From the IMG/VR virus record IMGVR_UViG_3300029258_003681: a stretch of 64,000 bases of DNA. One strand, given 5' to 3'. The notes beneath the pieces were generated by a model. That model searched no databases. It worked only from the letters and a program-made list of their open reading frames with translations, and was not told the origin of the DNA. Below, one piece after another: positions 59,312 to 64,000 of this stretch. The position numbers and the translations under genes are program-made. Origin of the DNA: a virus. Every line of letters starts with the position of its first letter. Position 1 is the first letter of the stretch.

Positions 59312-60158
59312 TCACGCATTTACAATTGGGCATTCGCACAAGGTTTGTGAGGACTACGCGAGATCTGGTGTGACTCCTCCTTATTCGGGATGTTCGACTG
59401 CGTATGCTTTCGTGTCCGACGGATGTTCCGGTAGCAAGGACACGGATGTTGGCGCAAGAATTCTGGTTTCTGGAGTCGAGCAGAGTCTATTTGCAGGTCG
59501 ACGGGTCAAGGCGACGGATGACATTTGTGCGATTATCTATTCCTGTGTTCCCGTGCAGCGGTTGTTGGGTCTTGATGAGGCGTGTCTGGATGCGACGCTT
59601 CTTGGGGTCTATGTTGACACCCGTATCAATGTCTTTGGGATGGGTGACGGTGTGATCGCGTTCAAGATGCATTCTGGTGATCTGGTGGCGTTCGACATTC
59701 TTTCGCCATCTGGGTTCCCACTTTATCCGTCCTACTTCTTGAACCGCTCTCGTCTGATCGGCGTCCAGGAAGAGATGCGGCAGGATCCAGAGCGCGGGTG
59801 GCGCGTGGACTATATCCGCGAGAAGGGGGACACGATCGAACGCGAAGAGCGGTGCTTTTGGAGTAGGGGTCTGGATCTGTTTGTGCAGAGCTACTCGCGG
59901 GGCGACGAGGATCCAAGCTGCGTGGACGATGACGATTTTATCGAGACAGTGGCGGTGTTTTCTGACGGGGTAGGCAGTTTTGTCGATGAGAACCGCCAGA
60001 GCGTGTCCCAGCTGGATGTGGTCCGCGAGCTGATGGCCTTCAAAGGCTACAAGGGGGAGTTTGTGAAGCGGCGACTCCAGGGCTTCCTGCGCGCGTGTGC
60101 GAAGCGCGGGTGGAAGCATGATGATGATCTCTCGATGGGCGCGGTTTACTTGGGTTGA
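59301..60158 (+). CDS. PP2C-like (PPM) phosphatase, YegK/TerY-P type
   Basis: GHSH...CED, VSDGCSG, DATLL, GDG, FSDG, DDD. Confidence 0.85.
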   Translation: MQADHAFTIGHSHKVCEDYARSGVTPPYSGCSTAYAFVSDGCSGSKDTDVGARILVSGVEQSLFAGRRVKATDDICAIIYSCVPVQRLLGLDEACLDATLLGVYVDTRINVFGMGDGVIAFKMHSGDLVAFDILSPSGFPLYPSYFLNRSRLIGVQEEMRQDPERGWRVDYIREKGDTIEREERCFWSRGLDLFVQSYSRGDEDPSCVDDDDFIETVAVFSDGVGSFVDENRQSVSQLDVVRELMAFKGYKGEFVKRRLQGFLRACAKRGWKHDDDLSMGAVYLG

Positions 60159-60182
60159 CAAACGCGCAGGAGTGCTTAGAGT
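60155..60182 (+). promoter_or_regulatory. Sigma70-type promoter overlapping PP2C stop
   Basis: TTGACA-16 nt-TAGAGT upstream of pncB. Confidence 0.6.
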
Positions 60183-60223
60183 GTGTGCTGATGGCCGTCG
60201 AGATGACGGCAGGAGGAGACTAA

Positions 60224-61414
60224 ATGGCCACTGTTGACGATCCAATCATCACGAGTCTTTTAGACAACGATCTCTACAAATTCTCAATGCAGAATGCTGT
60301 GTTTCGGTTGTTCCCAGATGCTTGCGTGGAGTACAGCTTCATTGATCGGGGTCAGACGAAATGGAGTCCAATGGGAGAGAGCCTGAAGGATCAGATTCAG
60401 GCATATTGCGAACTCCAGTTCGCCGAGGCCGAGATTGATTTTCTCCGACGGAAGTGCCCTTATCTCTCGAAGCATTACCTGGAGTGGCTCCAGGGATATC
60501 GGCCCGATCCCGACGAGGTTTCCCTCAAATGGGACGGTAGCCTTCGGAATCTGACTGTCCGTGGGCCATGGTATCGGACGATCCTCTGGGAGGTGCCTTT
60601 GATGGCTATGATCTCGGAGCAGTATTATCGTTCGGATCCTCAGATGGATGGCAAGATCCTGGACCGCAGCCGAGACATCGAGAAAGCTCGTCGCATGGGG
60701 CGGATTGCTCCGTACTCAGACTTTGGGACGCGGCGCAGGTTTTCGAGGGAGAATCACGAGCGTATTGTGCAGATCCACAAAAAGCACGGGGGCAGAAGAT
60801 TTCAGGGGACCAGCAACGTCTGGATGGCGATGAAATATGACCTGGATCCCAGGGGGACGATGGCCCACGAATGGATCATGTTTCATGCGGCGGCCTACGG
60901 CTATCGGAGCGCGAATGAGATGGCTCTGCGAAATTGGTACGATGTCTACAAAGGGGAGCTGGGGATTGCCCTGACCGACACGTACACGTCGCTGCGGTTT
61001 TTCCGTGATATGGATGTTGACCTGGCGCAGATCTACGACGGCTTGAGGCACGATAGCGGTGATCCGATCGCGTTTGCATACGAGGCGGCTGATTTTTATA
61101 TCGAGAACGGGATCCAGCCGAGTTCTAAGAAAATAGTATTTTCGGATGGGCTGACGGTTGATCGAGCTGAGGAGATTTACGAGGCTTGCAAGGGGGTGAC
61201 GAAACCCTCTTTTGGAATTGGAACTCATTTCACGAATGACCTTGGGGTGCCCGCGTTAAATATGGTCATCAAAATGACGAAGGCTTCCTTGGAGGGGGAG
61301 GACTATTTCATCCCGACGGTGAAATTGTCGGATGTTTCGGGCAAGCACACGGGATCCAAGGAGTCGGTGTATTCGTGCAAAATACAGCTGGGATTGGCTG
61401 AGACAGGAGTTTGA
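60224..61414 (+). CDS. pncB: Nicotinate phosphoribosyltransferase
   Basis: SLLDNDLYK, DFGTRRRFS, GTSNV, GTMAHEW, TDTY, RHDSGDP, FSDGL, FGIGT, KLSD. Confidence 0.92.
   Translation: MATVDDPIITSLLDNDLYKFSMQNAVFRLFPDACVEYSFIDRGQTKWSPMGESLKDQIQAYCELQFAEAEIDFLRRKCPYLSKHYLEWLQGYRPDPDEVSLKWDGSLRNLTVRGPWYRTILWEVPLMAMISEQYYRSDPQMDGKILDRSRDIEKARRMGRIAPYSDFGTRRRFSRENHERIVQIHKKHGGRRFQGTSNVWMAMKYDLDPRGTMAHEWIMFHAAAYGYRSANEMALRNWYDVYKGELGIALTDTYTSLRFFRDMDVDLAQIYDGLRHDSGDPIAFAYEAADFYIENGIQPSSKKIVFSDGLTVDRAEEIYEACKGVTKPSFGIGTHFTNDLGVPALNMVIKMTKASLEGEDYFIPTVKLSDVSGKHTGSKESVYSCKIQLGLAETGV
60408..60423. repeat. 16-bp palindrome copy 9 (GCGAACTCCAGTTCGC)
   Basis: Inside pncB coding sequence (C-E-L-Q-F-A). Confidence 0.95.
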
Positions 61415-61415
61415 T

Positions 61416-62237
61416 GTGAGGGAAGAAATTGACAAAGTAGTAAAGTGGATCGGTGACTTTGTGGTTCAGGCTAAAGCTGACGGGGTTGTAGTTGGTCTGA
61501 GCGGTGGGGTGGATTCGGCGGTTGTGTGTGCTCTTGCGGTTGAGGCTCTAGGTGCTGAAAATGTGATTTGTCTTGCGATTCCGATCGAATCAGATCCCAG
61601 GGACATACTGGATGCCGAGCGTGTTTCCCAGCATCTTGGGATTGGAACGGTGTCGGTCTGCGATCTTGGCGCGGCATTCCAGGTGATGGCGATGACTCTT
61701 GACATGCGGTGCGGTTCGCGACGTGGGGACGGTATTGGACCAGACACTGTGCGGACTTCCCGTTCGCTTTGCCTCGCAAATATGAAGGCTCGACTTCGGA
61801 TGACGACTCTCTACAATGAGGCGGCGATGTGCAACTATCTCGTGATCGGCACTGGCAACAAGAGTGAGTTGATGCTTGGCTACGTCACGAAATGGGGGGA
61901 CAATGCTTGCGACTTTGAGCCTCTCGGTGAGTTTTACAAGACCGAGGTGGTCGAGATGGCTCGCGAGCTGGGATTACCAGAAGACATTTGCACGCGGGAG
62001 CCGAGTCCTGGCTTGGAGCTTGGGGTTACCGATCGAGTAGAGCTTGGTGGCGGTTATGATGAGATTGACCCGATTCTTAAATTTATCGCGGGAGGGGGGC
62101 GTTGGGAGTCGTTCGTTGATTGTAACGATGGGATTGGCTTTACGAAGGAGGACCAAGCGGATTACGAGCGGGTCCTGACTATGTACAGAAGGGCTGCGCA
62201 CAAGAAGAAAATGCCGCCTATGTTCCAGAGGGGGTAG
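61416..62237 (+). CDS. nadE: NH3-dependent NAD+ synthetase (GTG start)
   Basis: GLSGGVDS, NMKARLRM, GTGNKSE, GYVTKWGD, PLGEFYKTEV; no glutaminase domain. Confidence 0.92.
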   Translation: MREEIDKVVKWIGDFVVQAKADGVVVGLSGGVDSAVVCALAVEALGAENVICLAIPIESDPRDILDAERVSQHLGIGTVSVCDLGAAFQVMAMTLDMRCGSRRGDGIGPDTVRTSRSLCLANMKARLRMTTLYNEAAMCNYLVIGTGNKSELMLGYVTKWGDNACDFEPLGEFYKTEVVEMARELGLPEDICTREPSPGLELGVTDRVELGGGYDEIDPILKFIAGGGRWESFVDCNDGIGFTKEDQADYERVLTMYRRAAHKKKMPPMFQRG

Positions 62238-62238
62238 A

Positions 62239-62427
62239 ATGAAGATCCAATTTGATATGGGAGAGGTTTTGTCTCTGTTACTCGAATACATTTTAATAGT
62301 GGACAATGAGAGATTCAGGAAATTTCTTCGTCTGAAGCTCAAGGAAAATGAATACCCAGAGACGGCAGCGCTGATCCTTGGGGCTGTCGAAGCAGCGGAA
62401 TATAGAGATAAGGGGTTGTCGGGATGA
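62239..62427 (+). CDS. Small hypothetical
   Basis: Between nadE and kinase. Confidence 0.45.
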   Translation: MKIQFDMGEVLSLLLEYILIVDNERFRKFLRLKLKENEYPETAALILGAVEAAEYRDKGLSG

Positions 62428-64000
62428 AGCTGAAAATTGTAGGAGGGGGGCAAGTCAACCTGTCGAAGCGTGATTTTGTCGGCTCGGGCGGTGAGGGCAG
62501 CGTGTATGTACGGGGTGATACTGCTTACAAGATTTACGCGAAGTCTGATCGCGTGATCCCCGAGGGGAAGCTTCGTGATTTGTCTGGCATCAAGAACCCG
62601 AACGTGATTCGTCCGTTGAATATGTTGATGTCGCTCAAGAATAAGCCAGTCGGTTATACGATGAAATTCGTTCAGGGTGGTGTGCCGATTTGCCAGATGT
62701 TTACGAAGGCGTACAAAAAGCGCAATGGAATCGATCCTCAGATGGTTCTTGGGATTGTCCAGGATATGCAGGAGGGTCTTCGGAGTATTCATGCGGCGGA
62801 TGTTCTTGTGGTGGATCTCAATGAGATGAATCTGCTTGTGAAATCTTCGGATGTTTTCTGGATCGATGTGGACAGCTACGAGACACGGAACTATCCAGCG
62901 ACGGCGATCATGGATAGCATCAGAGACTGGCATGCCAATGGAAAGTGGTCTCGCGAGACGGACTGGTTTTCATGGGGGATTGTGAGTTTCCAGATGTTCA
63001 TGGGGATTCATCCCTACAAGGGCAAACATCAGTCTGTGAAAAAGATGCCAGATCGGATGAAGCAGAATCTCTCGGTTTTTAATCAGGAGGTCAAGGTTCC
63101 GAAGATGGTCCCGAGCTTTGATACGATTCCTGAGGCATATCGCCGCTGGTATCATGCGGTTTTTGAGGAGGGGCGTCGGGTGCCTCCTCCGAAGGATTTG
63201 GCTGCGGTGGTTGTGCTTGCGACGCCTCGTCAGATTTCGAGTACCGACAAGATTAAAATCTCGGAAATAAATTCGTTTGACATGGATGTCCTGCGGTACG
63301 CGAGATTAGGGGGGCTTGATCTTGTGGCGATGGATGGTGGCATTGTTTGCCTCACGAATGGGCGCGGAACGCCGATCACCCTGCGGGGAGATGGTCATTT
63401 TGGGCACACGGAGGCCAAGGCGCCCTTGTACGGCCGCTGGAAAGGTGGCGAGGCAATCCTGGTCGATCCACGAACAGGCGGCGCTGTGGGCCATCCTGTG
63501 CCCTGTCAGTCGATGATGGCGTATGAAGGACATTTTTATGTTCATCAAGGTGATAACATAATCGAAATGACAGCTAAGGAGGTGGGAGGTGCGACCATGC
63601 TTTTCCCACACCCAGTGGCGAATGTGATGCCGAAGGCGACCCAGTTGTTTGACGGTGTGGCGATCCAGAACATGCTGGGGACCTGGTACGCTTCGGTGTT
63701 TCCTGCTTCGAAGCGCAGCTACCAGGTTCGTCTGGCTGATTTGGACGGCTACAGGGTGGTGGACGCCAAGCATGATCGTGGTGTGTTGATTGTGATCGGG
63801 ACGAAGAATGGCCAGTACGACAAGTTCGTCTACCGCTTCGAGCGGGATTACACTCGGACGATCCTTTTCTGGAAGGACGAAGATGTGGTCTATTCGGGGG
63901 TCAATTTTGTGACTTTGGACAAGGGGGTGTGCGCGCATATTGATGAGGCTGAGGATCTTGTTTTGTTTGGCTCTTCGCCATCGGCGGATGGAGTAAAAAG
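62424..64000 (+). CDS. Ser/Thr protein kinase, YegI/TerY-P type (3' end outside window; absent from ORF track)
   Basis: Hand-translated, open to the end: GSGGEGSVY, AYKIY, VVDLNEMN, IDVDSY, TDWFS, GIHPYKG. Confidence 0.85.
   Translation, partial: MKLKIVGGGQVNLSKRDFVGSGGEGSVYVRGDTAYKIYAKSDRVIPEGKLRDLSGIKNPNVIRPLNMLMSLKNKPVGYTMKFVQGGVPICQMFTKAYKKRNGIDPQMVLGIVQDMQEGLRSIHAADVLVVDLNEMNLLVKSSDVFWIDVDSYETRNYPATAIMDSIRDWHANGKWSRETDWFSWGIVSFQMFMGIHPYKGKHQSVKKMPDRMKQNLSVFNQEVKVPKMVPSFDTIPEAYRRWYHAVFEEGRRVPPPKDLAAVVVLATPRQISSTDKIKISEINSFDMDVLRYARLGGLDLVAMDGGIVCLTNGRGTPITLRGDGHFGHTEAKAPLYGRWKGGEAILVDPRTGGAVGHPVPCQSMMAYEGHFYVHQGDNIIEMTAKEVGGATMLFPHPVANVMPKATQLFDGVAIQNMLGTWYASVFPASKRSYQVRLADLDGYRVVDAKHDRGVLIVIGTKNGQYDKFVYRFERDYTRTILFWKDEDVVYSGVNFVTLDKGVCAHIDEAEDLVLFGSSPSADGVK

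Overview
The window is a 64-kb segment of a large contractile-tailed (myovirus-type) phage genome, almost entirely + strand, standard genetic code. (1) 1-20.1 kb: tail and baseplate module (tape-measure C-terminus, LysM protein, hub, spike, gp25-like wedge, gpJ- and gpI-like proteins, a 1740-aa Cys-rich beta-helix fibre, a collagen-only protein, a second fibre-like protein, a tube-initiator-like protein). (2) 20.1-26.3 kb: small late genes, including possible lysis membrane proteins and a run of small proteins sharing an N-terminal M[KR]ELIE[KR]-like motif. (3) 29.6-31.3 kb: 13 tRNA genes, four of them Leu tRNAs with short variable arms. (4) 31.3-34.0 kb: a leftward four-gene block (UvrD-like helicase, Zn/HTH/alpha-CTD-like protein) behind back-to-back sigma70-type promoters. 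(5) 34.2-53.9 kb: dense small early/accessory genes (Pol-beta nucleotidyltransferase, BI-1/YccA, ASCH, MT-A70 methyltransferase, KTSC, Asp/Thr-repeat lipoprotein, GroES). (6) 53.9-64 kb: a CoaB/aldolase-II fusion plus a methyltransferase, then PncA, PncB and NadE interleaved with a vWA / PP2C / Ser-Thr kinase (TerY-P/YegLKI-like) triad; the kinase runs off the window end and is absent from the ORF track. A 16-bp palindrome GCGAACT-NN-AGTTCGC occurs nine times across the window. Lipoprotein style suggests a Myxococcota/deltaproteobacterial host (inference). All family calls are from motif recognition by eye; no searches were run.
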